Shown: positions 1-12,023 of the stretch, in pieces
Numbering within the stretch: the stretch's first letter is position 1
Layout of the letters: each line of letters opens with the position of its first letter
Assembly: GCA_963818475.1 (NCBI GenBank)
Contig: CAWFSF010000005.1
Location: forward strand, 704,001-768,000
DNA from: Nitrospirota bacterium
GTDB taxonomy: Bacteria > Nitrospirota > UBA9217
Length of the DNA: 64,000 bases
Reading direction: 5' to 3'
The notes under the pieces: model-generated
Seen by the model: only the letters and a program-made list of their open reading frames with translations
Databases searched by the model: none
What the model was told of the DNA's origin: nothing
Made by a program: the position numbers and the translations under genes

Positions 1-40
1 TGAACGGCGTGACGATCGCAACCATTGAACCTTTGAACAT
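1..40 (-). CDS. dapA: 4-hydroxy-tetrahydrodipicolinate synthase, N-terminus only (runs off window)
   Basis: Reverse strand reads MFKGSMVAIVTPF; GGAGG RBS upstream; follows dapF. Confidence 0.85.
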   Translation of the reverse strand, partial: MFKGSMVAIVTPF

Positions 41-56
41 ACCAGCCTCCTTTGGA

Positions 57-167
57 AATCAAATTCCAAAACTCAAATCTCAAGCACCGAATAAATTCCA
101 ATGACCAACGTTGGAACTTGATGCTTGATTATTGGTGCTTATTTGTCGTGCTTGGTTATTGGAATTT
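57..167. repeat. Imperfect palindrome built from 7-mer units
   Basis: Left arm aaattcc/aaaactc/aaatctc/aagcacc/aatgacc; right arm ttggaac/ttgatgc/ttggtgc/ttggtta/ttggaat. Confidence 0.7.
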
Positions 168-983
168 TAAACGAACAGATGTCCCCTCGCAGATCACTTC
201 TGCGTCGCCTTCGAGGTAAATAGCGCCGAATCCTTCAGCATCGCCCTCGAACGTGAACGGTCAGCTTTTCTCCGCTGCGCGTCGTGACCTGGACCGGCGA
301 TGCGACCATCCGGAGGGAGCCGGCAACGAGCGCCGCAGCCACCGAGCCGGTGCCGCAGGCCAGGGTCTCGCCCTCGACGCCGCGTTCGTAGGTCCTGATG
401 CCGAGCTTGTGCTTCCCCAGCACCTGGATGAAGTTCACATTCGTGCCTGCGGGCTTGAACAGGTCATGATAGCGCGTGCGCCTGCCGACGCCGTCAACAT
501 CTTCCGTGGCGAGATCGCTTGACAGATAGACGACATGGGGCACACCGGTATTGATAAAGTGGCCCGTGCGCGCGCCGCCCTCGAAGGGAACCGAAATGTT
601 CATGGCGCAAACCGCTCGCTCCGCGTCAGCTGCACTTTTACGGTCCCTGTCTTGACCTCGGCCCGGATGATGCCCGCACGGGTCTCGAAGGCCATGGTCT
701 TTTTCGCGATCTTTCTGAGGAACGCGAACCGTGCGGCGCAGCGCGATCCGTTCCCGCACATCTCGGCCTCGCTTCCGTCGGCGTTGAAGAAGCGCCATTT
801 GAAGTCCGCCTTGCGGGACGGCACGATCACGATCAGCCCGTCGGCGCCCACGGAATAGTGGCGATCGCACACGGTCTGCGCAAGACCCTTCAGGTTCTTC
901 CCCTTCAGGATCCCCTTCCGGTTGTCGATCAGGATGAAGTCGTTGCCGCTCCCCTGCATTTTATAAAAAGGTATCTTCTTCAT
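167..983 (-). CDS. dapF: Diaminopimelate epimerase (frameshifted in assembly)
   Basis: FYKMQGSGNDF, EAEMCGNGSRC, NTGVPH and TYERGVEGETLACGTG split over frames. Confidence 0.95.
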
Positions 984-1011
984 GCTTGCTTTCCTGGTCC
1001 GCTGTTCCGTT

Positions 1012-1047
1012 GCTCATTCCGCAATCCGAAATCCGCATTCCGCAATT
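1012..1047. repeat. Short 7-mer tandem array
   Basis: cattccg-caatccg-aaatccg-cattccg-caatt between lysA and dapF. Confidence 0.7.
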
Positions 1048-2317
1048 CTAGTCCAGCCACCGCGGGATCTTCTCGCCCCGGATCAGGTCGCTGTAGGTCT
1101 CTCGCTCGCGCACGACGAAATACTCGCTTCCTCTGCACGATCACCTCGGCCAGCGCGGGGCCGGGAATTGTAGTTCGACGACATGGAGAAGCCGTATGCC
1201 CCCGCTCCCATGACCGCGAGGTCAGCTCGCCCGGCTGTACCTCGGGCAGGCTCCGGTCCTTGGCCAGGAAATCTCCGGACTCGCAGATCGGGCCCGACCA
1301 CGTCGATAGGTCTCCTGCGTTCGGCGACGCCGGCTCCACCAGCGGGCCTGATATCATGGTAGGCGTCATACAGGCTCGGCCGGATAAGGTCGTTCATGCC
1401 TGCGTCCACGATCAGGAATTTCTTTTCGCCGCTGTCCTTGCGATACAAAGCGCGGCGTCACCAGAATGCCGGCGTTGCCCACCAGCGCCCTGCCCGGCTC
1501 CAGGACAACGGTGCAGCCGCTTCCTTCAGCATCGGCTTGATGGCCGCGGCCACCTCTTTCGGCAGCGGAGGGGTCTCGTCCTTGTAGGTGATGCCGATCC
1601 CGCCGCCGATGTTGATGTACGTGATGTCCATACCCGCAGCCCGCAGCTCCTTGACGAACCCGACCAGCTTTTCCAGCGCGTCGACGAAAGGCTGGACCTC
1701 GGTGATCTGGGAACCGATGTGCTGATGCATCCCGACCACTTCGATGTTCGAAAGCCCCCGGGCAAGTCTGGTAGTACTCCAGCGCCTCTTCGATGGGGAT
1801 GCCGAACTTGTTCTCCTTGAGCCCCGTCGAGATGTAGGCATGCGTCTTGGGGTCGATGTTGGGATTCACCCGCAGCGCGATCCGGGCCTTTGCATGCATC
1901 TCGTTCGCTGCGCGGTCAATGGCGATCAGTTCCTCGCCCGACTCCACGTTGAACATGAGAATGCCGACCTTGAGCGCATATTCGATCTCGTCGCGCCGCT
2001 TGCCCACGCCGGCGTACACGATCTTCTTCGGATCGATGCCTGCCCGCAGCGCGCGGAACAGTTCGCCGCCCGAAACGATGTCCGCCCCGGCCCCTTCCTT
2101 GCCGAGCACCCGGAGCACGGCGCCGTTGGAGTTGGACTTGAGCGCAAAGCAGATGACGTTCGGAACATCCGGCAAATGCCTGGTCAAAGGCGCGATAGTG
2201 GCTCGCAAGCGTATTGCTGCTGTACAGGTAGAACGGCGTGCCTACCCGCTGGGCGATCGGTCCTGACCGGTACGCCCTCGCAGTACAGTTCCCCGTTCTT
2301 ATTTGAAAATCATGCAT
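1048..2317 (-). CDS. lysA: Diaminopimelate decarboxylase (frameshifted in assembly)
   Basis: [59 protein letters not shown]. Confidence 0.95.
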
Positions 2318-2361
2318 GACAATGTCCTTCCGGCTGAACAGGGTCATCAAGTCCCTGGAGC

Positions 2362-3476
2362 TCATAGCTGTTGTCCGTTCCTTTTCAAGGTAGACCTCAT
2401 CGAAGCTTTTCCGCGTACGCCGACTGTTCCTTGGAAAGCTGGCTTTCGTTCCCGGACTGGTCCACCGCGGTCACGACATAGTAATACTGGACTGCCCGGG
2501 TTCACCGTCTCATCGGAATAGGTTGTCCGGGCAAGCGGTTTGTCGTCAGCCGCTCGTAGTCCCTGTCCGCTCTTCGGGACCGGTAGACATAGTAGCCGGC
2601 CAGATCGCGCTCCTTGTTCTCGTTCCAGGTGAGGAACATCCTGCCGCACTCCCGGCACGACCGTCAGGCCTGTGGGCCGGTCGGGCGGCGTGAGGTCGCG
2701 GGGCATGGCCGCGACCTCGGCGGAGTCAAGGCTTTCTTTCCAGGGCAGTGCCGGGCTGTCCACAGCCCGTACGATATAGAAGTAGCGTCACTGTCGTTCA
2801 GCACGGCGTATCCCGGTACGCGTTGTTCCTGAGCGGCTCCTTGTTGAGCGGCGCTTCTGCCGTACGCTCCGCTCTCGTCGCCCCGATACACATTGTATCC
2901 GACAAATCCGGTGAAAACACTGCCGTCGGACCGCGTGGTGACCGGCTCCCAGGTAAGCGTCACGCTCTGCTCTCCGCCAACTGCCTGTAAGGCCCTGGGC
3001 GCGGCCAGCGACAGCAGCGGAACGATCCTCACCTCTTCGGAGAGGCTGGCTCTTGCCGCCCCGGGACCTGAGGGCCCGATCCGGTACCCGTACACCTGGC
3101 CGTACCTCAAATTGGAGTCGCTCCAGAAGACCCTTCCGTTCCTGACCTGAGCGGGTGCCCGGGATCTGCCAATCGCGATCTCGGCGATCTGCCGATAGCG
3201 GGCCTTTTTTCTGTCCTGCTCGAGTCTCGGCGCGAAAGACCTGGAACCCGGAGATCTCCGCCGGATTCATGTTCTTGCCCTCGACATTTCTTGAGGGACC
3301 GGCCAGGACAGGAAGGCGACACCGTCGCGGGCCACGGCCTTGCAGGTCCTGCACCGCTTCGGGCCGGGGGCTTTCGGGCACGAGCGGATCGGTTTTCCTG
3401 CCGCAGGACGCGACGAGCGCCAGCACAAGCACCAGGCACGACCGGCCAGCAGCGCACTCCGGGTCCGCACCATCAT
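2362..3476 (-). CDS. Lipoprotein with fibronectin type III-like domains (frameshifted; end approximate)
   Basis: Lipobox LVASC-GRK; FN3-like segments VTLTWEP, GYNVYR, DLTPPDRPTGL. Confidence 0.7.
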
Positions 3477-4907
3477 CGCTCTTTTTGAGCGCTGCGAGCC
3501 GCTTCTTCAGGTTCGCGGCGCAGTGCCTCCCGTAGAGACGTCCTTCTGCCCACCGATGCCTCGACCGACAGCGCCGTCGTACACGTCCTCGCCGATCAGC
3601 GGAGACAATTGCTGGTATTCGTCAAGGGGCATGGTCCGCCAGGCCCGCACCGCAGCTCCAGGCCGCGCAGGACCGCCCGTGCCCACGACCTCGTGGGCCT
3701 TCCGGAAGGGCATGCCCTTTCTGCACCAGATAATCGGCAAGGTCCGTGGCGGTAATGAAGCCGTCCTCGGCAGCCTGCCGCATCGCTTCTGCGTGAACGG
3801 TGACGCTCTTCAGCATCTCGGTAAATACGGAAAGCGCCAGCGCGTGACCGTATCGGCAGCATCGAAGAGCGGCTCCTTGTCCTCCTGCATATCGCGGTTG
3901 TAGGCCAGGGGCAGGCCCTTCATGATCGTCAGCAGCGCGGTCAGGTTGCCGTAGACCCGGCCGGTCTTGCCGCGCGTCAGCTCCGCGACATCGGGGTTCT
4001 TCTTCTGCGGCATGATCGACGAGCCGGTCGTGAAAGCGTCGGAGATCGTGATGAAGCCGAACTCCGCGGTCGACCAGAGCACGAGCTCCTCGGACAACCG
4101 CGAGAGGTGCATCATGATCTGGGCGCAGGCTGCGACGAACTCGATCGCAAAATCGCGGTCCGAGACCGCGTCCATGCTGTTCTCGCTGACTGCCGCAAAA
4201 CGCAAGCTGCCTGGCCACGAAGTGCCGGTCGATGGGCAGCACGGTGCCGGCAAGGGCCCCGGCGCCCAGCGGCATGACGTTCACCCGGCGGAAGCAGTCC
4301 TCAAGCCGCCCGCGGTCGCGCTGGAACATCTCATAATAGGCAAGCAGGTGATGGCCGAACAGGACGGGCTGCGCCCGCTGCAGGTGGGTATACCCGGGCA
4401 GCACCACGTTCACGGTGCGGTCGGCAAGGCCGACGAGCACCTTCTGCAGCGCGGCCAGCAGTTCGTGGATCTCGGCGATCTCGTCGCGCAGGTACATCCG
4501 GATGTCCAGCGCGACCTGGTCGTTCCTGCTCCGCGCCGTGTGCAGCTTGCCGCCCACGGCGCCGATCTTCTCGATCAGGCGGCTCTCGATGTTCATGTGG
4601 ATGTCTTCGAGGGCCGTGCTGAACTCGAACGTGCCCGCTACGATCTCGTGCAAGGATGCCTTCGCAGCCCGCGGATGATCTGGTCCGCCTCTTTCCTGGT
4701 GATGATCGCTGGTCTGCGCCAGCATGGTCGCATGGGCGATGCTGCCGGCAATATCATAGGGATAGAGCCGCCAGTCGTAGGGGATCGAGGCCGTGAACTC
4801 CTCCACCAGCTCGTTCGTCGCCTCGGTGAACCGGCCGCCCAGGGCTTGGCACTTTGCCGGCTTGTTCGCCTGCTGGCTTCTTTCTGGCTGTCTTTTTTTG
4901 TTGCCAT
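3473..4907 (-). CDS. argH: Argininosuccinate lyase (frameshifted in assembly)
   Basis: [42 protein letters not shown]. Confidence 0.95.
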
Positions 4908-4923
4908 ATTGTTTCAAAAATCT

Positions 4924-5008
4924 CAGATAACAGGACTGATTCCATGCAAGCTGCAGACCCCTGACGATTTTGTCATACTTTTCAGTGCCCAGTGCATCCT
5001 GTTATCTG
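4924..5008. repeat. Inverted repeat between argG and argH
   Basis: cagataacagga ... tcctgttatctg (12-bp perfect arms). Confidence 0.55.
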
Positions 5009-6211
5009 GTATTTGCCTTCCTGCCCGATCCTGAGCCGCAGCGCGTTCAGCCGGATGAAGCCTTCGGCGTCCTTCTGATTATAGACCCGGTCGGCCTCGA
5101 AGGTCGCGAGCTCGGGGTTATAGAGCGAGACGGGCGACCTGCCTGCCCACCGTATCGCAATTGCCCTTGTACAGCTTGAGCCGCGCCGTTCCGGTCACGT
5201 TCTTCTGGGATTCGTCGATGGCGGCCTGGAGCATCAGCCGCTCCGGCGCGAACCAGTACCCGTAATAGACGAGCTCGGCATAGCGCGGGACAAGGCTGTC
5301 GCGGAGGTGCATGGCCTCGCGGTCCATGGTGATGGACTCCACGGCCCGGTGCGCGGCATGCAGGAGCGTGCCGCCCGGCGTCTCGTACACGCCCGCGGGA
5401 CTTCATGCCCACGTAGCGGTTCTCGACGAGGTCGACACGGCCCACGCCGTGCGCGCCGGCGATGCGGTTCGCCTCGGCCAGGAGCGCTGCCGGCGAATAG
5501 CTCTTTCCGTTGATGGCAACGGGGTTGCCCGCCTGGTACTCCACCTCGACATACTCGGCCTTGTCCGGCGCCTTTTCCACGGGCACGGCCATGGTATACA
5601 TGTCCTCGGTCGACTCTTTCCAGGGGTCTTCGAGCATGCCGCCTTCATAGCTGATATGCAGCAGGTTCCGGTCCGTGGAATAGGGTTTGGACTTGGTCGC
5701 GGTCACCGGGATCTTGTGCTTCTCGGCATAGGCGATCAGCTCTTCGCGGCCCTTCATGGTCCATTCGCGCCAGGGCGCGACGATCTTCACGTCGGGCTTG
5801 AGCGCAAAATAGGTGAGCTCGAACCGGACCTGGTCGTTGCCCTTGCCGGTCGCGCCGTGGCAGACCGCATCGGCGCCTTCTTTGACGGCGATCTCGATCT
5901 GGCGCTTCGCGATCAGCGGACGGGCGATCGAGGTGCCGAGCAGATAGCGGCCTTCGTAGACCGCATTCGCCCGCAGCATGGGGAACACGAAATCGCTGCA
6001 CGAACTCCTCGCGCAGGTCGTCGATATAGATCTTGCTCGCGCCGGTCCTGATGGCCTTGTCGCGCAGCGGTTCAAGCTCCTCGCCCTGGCCGATGTCCGC
6101 CGTGAAGGCGATCACCTCGCAGCCGTAGGTCTCCTTGAGCCAGGTGATGATGACCGACGTGTCGAGCCCGCCGGAATAGGCAACGACGATCTTCTTAATG
6201 TTCTGTTTCAA
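4983..6211 (-). CDS. argG: Argininosuccinate synthase (frameshifted; TTG start; end approximate)
   Basis: [41 protein letters not shown]. Confidence 0.95.
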
Positions 6212-6234
6212 CTGATGACCCCTAAAAAAAGAGG

Positions 6235-6290
6235 ACGCAGATGAAGCAGAGACCGCACATCGAGAGTCCTGCGATCTGCATCTGCGTGAT
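6235..6290. repeat. 9-mer-type palindrome
   Basis: acgcagatg ... catctgcgt arms. Confidence 0.5.
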
Positions 6291-6304
6291 CCTGTCACGT
6301 GAAA

Positions 6305-6796
6305 CTATTTACCTTCTACGATTTTCACCTTCATCTCAATACGCTCGTTCGGCTTGTCGTTCCTGTCGCGCGGCTGCGGCAACGATCTTGTCGCCGACCT
6401 CGATGCCGCTCTCGACCTCGCCGAAGACCGTGTACTGACGGTCGAGGAACGACGAATCCTTGACGCAGATGAAGAACTGGGAACCGGCGCTGTCCGGACT
6501 GGCCGCACCGCGCCATGGAGAGGGTGCCCCGCTTGTGCGGCTTCTCATTGAACTCGGCCTTGATGGTGTAGCCCGGTCCGCCCGTGCCGATGCCGCTCTT
6601 GTTCGCGTCCTTCGAGTTCGGATCGCCGCCCTGGATCATGAAGCCCGGGATCACGCGGTGGAACGTGGTGCTGTCATAAAATCCCTTGTTGGCCAGATCG
6701 ACGAAGTTCTTCACATGCCCGGGCGCAACGTCCGGGAAAGAACTTGATGGTAATGTTGCCGAATTTGGTTTCCAGGACTGCTTTTGTATCTGCCAT
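6305..6796 (-). CDS. Cyclophilin-type peptidyl-prolyl isomerase, cytoplasmic (frameshifted)
   Basis: [30 protein letters not shown]. Confidence 0.9.
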
Positions 6797-6800
6797 GATT

Positions 6801-6872
6801 ACTGTCTCCTCACTGTTTCCTGTGCTCTGCACCTTGTTCTCTGAAACCCTGTACCCTGACTCCTGGACCCTG
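6801..6872. repeat. 7-mer tandem array
   Basis: ctgtttc-ctgtgct-ctgcacc ... cctgtac-cctgact-cctggac. Confidence 0.6.
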
Positions 6873-7475
6873 CTATTTTCCTTCCACGATCTTCACTTTC
6901 ATCTCGATGCGCTCGTTCGGATTGTCGTTCGCGTCGCGCGGCTGCGAGACGATCTTGTCCACCACTTCCATGCCGCTCACCACCTCGCCGAACACGGTAT
7001 ATTGTATTGTTCAGGAACGGTGCGTCCGCAACACAGATAAAGAACTGCGAGCCGGCGCTGTTGGGATCGTTCGACCGGGCCATGGAAAGCGTGCCCCGCT
7101 ATGTGCGGCCGGTCGCTGAACTCGGCAGGAATGGTATATCCCGGCCCGCTCGTACCGTAGGCCCGGCGCTTGGCAGGGTCCTTGGAGATGGGATCGCCGC
7201 CCTGGATCATGAAGCCCGGGATCACGCGGTGGAACACGGTGTTATTATAGACGCCCTTTTTGGCAAGGTCGAGGAAGTTCTTTACATGCCCGGGAGCTAT
7301 GTCAGGAAAGAACTTCAGGGTGATGCTTCCCGAACTTGGTCTCGAGCACCGCCGTGGTCGTCGACATTTTCTTGATCTCCTGCGGCGTAGGGGCCTTCGG
7401 CGCCTGCTGGGCAAACCCCGGCGCCACACTGAGCACGGCAACAGCAACGATGAATGCTATAAGGATGTTTTTCAT
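6873..7475 (-). CDS. Cyclophilin-type peptidyl-prolyl isomerase with signal peptide (frameshifted)
   Basis: [22 protein letters not shown] signal; [15 protein letters not shown]; NSAGSQFFI. Confidence 0.9.
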
Positions 7476-7739
7476 GTTATTTAGCCTCCCTAAAAGTATG
7501 GTAATCGTCTGATTGTACGGCAAAATACGCGCGAGATACAGTTTTACCAGAATCCCTGAAGGTTGTCAAACAAAACGTGGCCTGCCAGAGCGCGGCCTCT
7601 GCAGCAATCAAAGACAATCCTTGGACAGTGATCGGACCCGATAAAAGCCGTGAAAAGACAAAATCCGCATTCATCCATTGACTGAAAGCAGGAGCAAGCT
7701 GATATACTTAAATCCTGTTCGGGAAAAAGAGGGCATGCC

Positions 7740-8143
7740 ATGACCGGTCAGCAGGAAGAACGGCGGGGCTTTGTGAGGGTACCCTTCAATACGGAGGTGG
7801 TGGTCTCCGCTGGCGACTGGTCGCTCCGGGCCGGAAGCGGCATCGATATCAGCATGAGCGGCCTCCATCTCATGGGGCTGGTGGACCCGACGGACACCAG
7901 GAAGCCGCTGCCCGGAACCTCCTGCAGGGCCGGCATCCATCTGCAGGCAGCAGGGCACCGGGCGCTGATCGAAGCTGACGGAAGGATCATCCGGACAGGT
8001 CCCGGAGAACTGGCCGTGGAATTCATCGAGATAGAGCTCGACGGCTATCAGCATCTGCGCCAGCTCATCCTGAACAACACCGACGATCCTGACGGGGCAG
8101 AGAGGCAGTTCGACGAACACCGGGGCATCAGGCGTCCTAATAA
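7740..8143 (+). CDS. PilZ domain protein (true 3' end uncertain; frame stays open to 8366)
   Basis: ERRGFVR (RxxxR) and DISMSG (DxSxxG) c-di-GMP-binding motifs. Confidence 0.85.
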
Positions 8144-8208
8144 TAACAATACCGGCAGGGCAGTAGTAACCACAACGCGGCGAAATACAACGACGAAAGG
8201 AGATACAC

Positions 8209-8634
8209 ATGGTGCAAAAAGCAAGCAGCAAACTGACGGACTTGATGAACAAGGCGATCGCCCGGGAGATCCAGGTCACGGTCCAGTATATGTGGCAGCA
8301 CGTTATGGCCAAGGGCCTGAACTCGGCCGAGATCTCCGATGTCTTCGAGGAGGTCGCTATTTCTGAAATGAAGCACGCGGAAAAGATCGCGGAGCGGATC
8401 TTCTATTTCGACGTCGTCCCCACTACCAAGCCGGACCCCATCAAGGTCGGCGGAAGCATCACGGAGATGCTCGAAGCCGACGCCAAGGCGGAAGAAGAGG
8501 CGATCGAGCTCTACAAGGAGATCATCAAGCTGGCGCAGTCCGAAGGCGACAGCACGACACGGCTGCTCTTCGAGCAGATCCTGGCGGACGAGGAAGACCA
8601 TCACGACAAGTTCACCACACTGCTGGGGCGGTAG
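8209..8634 (+). CDS. Ferritin-like / bacterioferritin-family protein
   Basis: Di-iron ligands AREIQ..QY, EMKH, AEEEAI..Y, DEEDH; AAGGAG RBS. Confidence 0.88.
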   Translation: MVQKASSKLTDLMNKAIAREIQVTVQYMWQHVMAKGLNSAEISDVFEEVAISEMKHAEKIAERIFYFDVVPTTKPDPIKVGGSITEMLEADAKAEEEAIELYKEIIKLAQSEGDSTTRLLFEQILADEEDHHDKFTTLLGR

Positions 8635-8667
8635 CATTCATTCTTCCCCCTCTGTCCATCCTTAAAC

Positions 8668-8697
8668 GAAAAGGACCGGACTGTCCCGGTCCTTTTC
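8668..8697 (+). terminator. Intrinsic terminator hairpin
   Basis: gaaaaggaccgg / ccggtccttttc stem downstream of ferritin gene. Confidence 0.7.
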
Positions 8698-8727
8698 TCT
8701 TGCAGCATCGTTGCTTGAGCCGGCATC

Positions 8728-9868
8728 GTGATGCCCGAGCTGCCTGAAATTCCGGAGGATTTCCTGAAACGTTCCCGCTCACATTCCTCCCCGCGTTCGT
8801 TCATCCTGGCCATCGGGATAGTCCTGGCCTTGTCATGCGCTTCTTCGCTCCCGGCATCTGCCGAAGCGCCCAGAATTGCGGGGGGGGCAATACCGCTTCC
8901 CCTGAGCGGGGCACCCTCGCTTTTCACGACAGCGACCTCGACGGGGGAGGAGGAAAAACCAGCCGAGGAGCCGTTCGAACCGGAGGTGATCCGTGAGGGG
9001 CCTCCGGAACCGACAATCCTGGATACCATGCAGGCCGGCATAACGAAAAATATCCTCCACTCAGCCACGTGGGTTGATTCTTTTTTCTACGATCCGCGCT
9101 ACGCCGCAGAAGAGAACAAAACCCGCGCAGCCGTCCGATACGAAGGTTTTATCGAAAATCATGCCCACTGGACCTTCGATACCAAAGTGAAGGTCGCCCT
9201 GGTCCTGCCCTACCTAAAGAACAAGGCGAACCTTATCCTCGCCGGAGACCCCGATGAAGCCTACCCGAGCCAGCCGGGGCAAGGCAGGCTCACCGAGACC
9301 ACAAACCGGAACACCTTCGCTGCTCTCGCCTATCAGGTCAGATCAGATGAACGACGCAACATCAGCGCCAAGATCGGGATCCGCTACCGCAACGGGCAGA
9401 TCGTCTCGTTCCTCCGCCCTCATTACCGGCTGCTCTATCACCTGGACGGCTGGGACCTGCGGTTCACCCAGGAATTCCCCTACTGGACCGATACGAAGTG
9501 GTCGTCGTCGACCACGGTCGACTTAGAACGACCGCTGCGTGATGCGTTCTTTTTCCGCGCTTCCCTGAACGGCAGCTGGTTCGAACAGCAGCCCGGGTAC
9601 TATTACGGACTGGCCTTCTCACTGTCCCAGCCCCTCAGCGCAACCAGCGCATTGAGTTACAATCTGGGGGCCAGCTTCCAGACAGGCGCCCACGATGTGC
9701 TGCAGGAGAGTCGTGGCTGCCACCCGCTATCGCCAGCGCTTCTGGCGTGACTGGATGTACTTCGACATTACGCCGCAGGTGCGGTTCCCGCGTGACCGGC
9801 GGTTCAATCCGGTGCCGGGGATCCTGTTCGGGCTTGAGGTTCTGTTCGGGCAGGTGGGGGGGAAATAG
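8728..9868 (+). CDS. Exported protein, probable outer-membrane beta-barrel (frameshift near 9710)
   Basis: Signal-like segment, WVDSFF motif, alternating aromatic strands; other frame continues RQRFWRDWMYFDITPQ..GLEVLFG. Confidence 0.6.
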
Positions 9869-9900
9869 AAAACGGGAGCAACGCCTGAAGGAGTTATTCC

Positions 9901-10845
9901 CTACCCTTTTGCGTCATTCCAGAAACTCCGGTGCATGCTCAGTCTTTTCTTGAGCCAGGCTGGCAACGCTTTTTCGCGCCGGCCCAGTCGAAAGCCCGTC
10001 AATTTTACGGCGGTTCTCAGGAGTGCCGAAGGAACGAAAAGCGGGTTTTCCCGCAGCAAGTATTGCAGTTCGGAACGGACAAATCTTACTCCCTCGCCTT
10101 CAGCAGCGCCAAATATCTCGCGAAGCCAGCCTTCACGCGCATGGAATACCCCGGTATCGAAATAGCGGCGAAATTCCTCGAAAATCGTGTAGGCGTGCGA
10201 ATGATAGACCTGTGCCTCAGCGCAATACGCAACCTTCCAGCCGGCGACCAACATCCTGGCCGCGATATACGTGTCTTCACATTGAATAACACCGGAAGGG
10301 AACCCGGCTGCATCGAGCAGGGCACTGCGCCGGTACGCGGAGAATGAATTGGAAAAAAAAGCGGTTTTGATGCCGAACTGAGGCACATCCGCCAGCGTCC
10401 TGACCGTTCCCGTTTCGGGGTAATTGAACAGCCTGGCGTGCGTGGCGATCAAACCGCTGCCGGGAGAGGGCAACTGCCGTCCGTAGACAGCGCCGATCCG
10501 TTCATCGGCGAAGCAGGCGAGCATCTTTTTCAACGCATCCGGTGTTGCCAGCACAGCGTCCTGCGTCATCAAGACAATAAATTCCGCGCCAGGCAGCATT
10601 TCCACGCCCATCCGACGCGTATCACCATGGCGGAAATCCTCACGCCTAATGGTATGAACGGAAAAACCGGCCGCACGCGCCTGTTCCGCGCTGTCGTCGC
10701 TCGACGCAGAATCTATGACGAGCAGCAGTGCGGGTTTTACCTCCTGGGCAGCGAAGGCGTCCAGCCAGCGGCGCCATAATTCTCCGCCGTTCAGCGTAAG
10801 AACCAGGAGCCCTGTTTTTTCGTTCATCGTCATTTGTGCGATCAC
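9901..10845 (-). CDS. GT2 glycosyltransferase, rhamnosyltransferase-like
   Basis: IDSASSD, FRHGDTR, MTQDA, YGRQLP, FSNSFSAYRR, YHSH. Confidence 0.85.
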   Translation of the reverse strand: MIAQMTMNEKTGLLVLTLNGGELWRRWLDAFAAQEVKPALLLVIDSASSDDSAEQARAAGFSVHTIRREDFRHGDTRRMGVEMLPGAEFIVLMTQDAVLATPDALKKMLACFADERIGAVYGRQLPSPGSGLIATHARLFNYPETGTVRTLADVPQFGIKTAFFSNSFSAYRRSALLDAAGFPSGVIQCEDTYIAARMLVAGWKVAYCAEAQVYHSHAYTIFEEFRRYFDTGVFHAREGWLREIFGAAEGEGVRFVRSELQYLLRENPLFVPSALLRTAVKLTGFRLGRREKALPAWLKKRLSMHRSFWNDAKG

Positions 10846-11771
10846 AGCGCCGCCATCATGCCGAGGTTGCGAAAAAAACCGTTCTTAAATGTCCGCAGCC
10901 TCAGTATCCAGATACGCCGCATGAAAAAATTTTCTCTGCCCAGGCTGCTGTACCTATTTAATAAAAAAAGCTGTTCCGGATCCAGCTCAGCCGCAAAGCG
11001 CTCCCGCATCACGCTTGCCTGTTGCCATGTTTTTGCGAGCGAGGCATGCATTGCTTTTCTTCCGCGCAAGACCTTTTCCGTAATATACCGGTAGTTATAC
11101 CGTTTAGCGCCTGTATCGTTTTTCCGGTGTTGACGGTACAAAATCGTGGATTGCGGTACATGACCGATTGCGCCAAAGGCCGCCGCCACTAAGGCCAGCC
11201 ACCAATCATGCATGATCACCGGCGCCGGCGGTGCCAGTACAGCGAGCACACGGTTTATCATCACGGTGCAGCCGGTTACGTTATTCTGTATCAACAGGCG
11301 GTTCAAACCCGCAATCTTCGGGTCCAGATTCTGATACGCCCAGAGTGACGGTGCGAAAACGCGAAGATTGCGATCGGCGACGGAAAGATCGGTATGCACT
11401 AGGAGCGGCGTCCGGGAATTGAAACGTTTTTCCATTTCCTGCATTTTGCGCAAGGTAACTTCAATTTTATCAGGCAGCCAGACATCGTCCTGGTCACAGA
11501 ACATGAAATATTCCGCCTGCGTGGAAGTGTGTTCCAGCAACTTAAAATAACTGCGGCTCGCGCCGAGCCGACCGCTTTCATCGTTCAGCAGCAGAATCCG
11601 TTTATCTTCGGCCGCATATGATAGGATTTTCTCTACCGTATCGTCATCAGATCCGTCGTCGCGCACCAATAATTGCCAGTCATCCTCGGTCTGACCGAGC
11701 AAACTGTCGAGCTGAGCCTCGATAAAGGCGCCACCGTTATAGGTTGTCATGAGAAGAGCGATTTTTTTCAT
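10842..11771 (-). CDS. GT2 glycosyltransferase (RgpB-like rhamnosyltransferase)
   Basis: TYNG, RDDGSDD, FCDQDDVW, NNVTGCT, MHDWW. Confidence 0.85.
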   Translation of the reverse strand: MKKIALLMTTYNGGAFIEAQLDSLLGQTEDDWQLLVRDDGSDDDTVEKILSYAAEDKRILLLNDESGRLGASRSYFKLLEHTSTQAEYFMFCDQDDVWLPDKIEVTLRKMQEMEKRFNSRTPLLVHTDLSVADRNLRVFAPSLWAYQNLDPKIAGLNRLLIQNNVTGCTVMINRVLAVLAPPAPVIMHDWWLALVAAAFGAIGHVPQSTILYRQHRKNDTGAKRYNYRYITEKVLRGRKAMHASLAKTWQQASVMRERFAAELDPEQLFLLNRYSSLGRENFFMRRIWILRLRTFKNGFFRNLGMMAAL

Positions 11772-11879
11772 GCAAATTTGTTTAAGAATCCATCTCTGAA
11801 ATTTAATCAATATTGAAACGATAAACAATTGGGTATGCGAGGTGATTTCATATGATACTGGATCTTACCTCCCCCTCAT

Positions 11880-12023
11880 TGAGGCTCTGGGATCTTCAGG
11901 GAGATTATCATAAGGATGAACTCTGCCTTGAAGATGCTGTTGGCCAGAATGCCGCCTACTTTTGCCGCTGCCAGAAATACGTATTCCGGTTTTTCCTGCT
12001 CAAAGAAGGCTTCCACCTCGGCC
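11880..12023 (-). pseudogene. fcl: GDP-L-fucose synthase internal fragment
   Basis: Reverse strand [36 protein letters not shown], then degenerates; no start codon. Confidence 0.8.

Noticed and set aside
167-6211. dapF, lysA, argH and argG as true pseudogenes or programmed frameshifts
   Set aside because: Indels are dense while motifs stay intact; sequencing error is more parsimonious.
8143-8366. PilZ C-terminal extension overlapping the ferritin gene
   Set aside because: Low-complexity run-on across the ferritin RBS; tandem TAA codons in the adjacent frame near 8138 suggest an indel.
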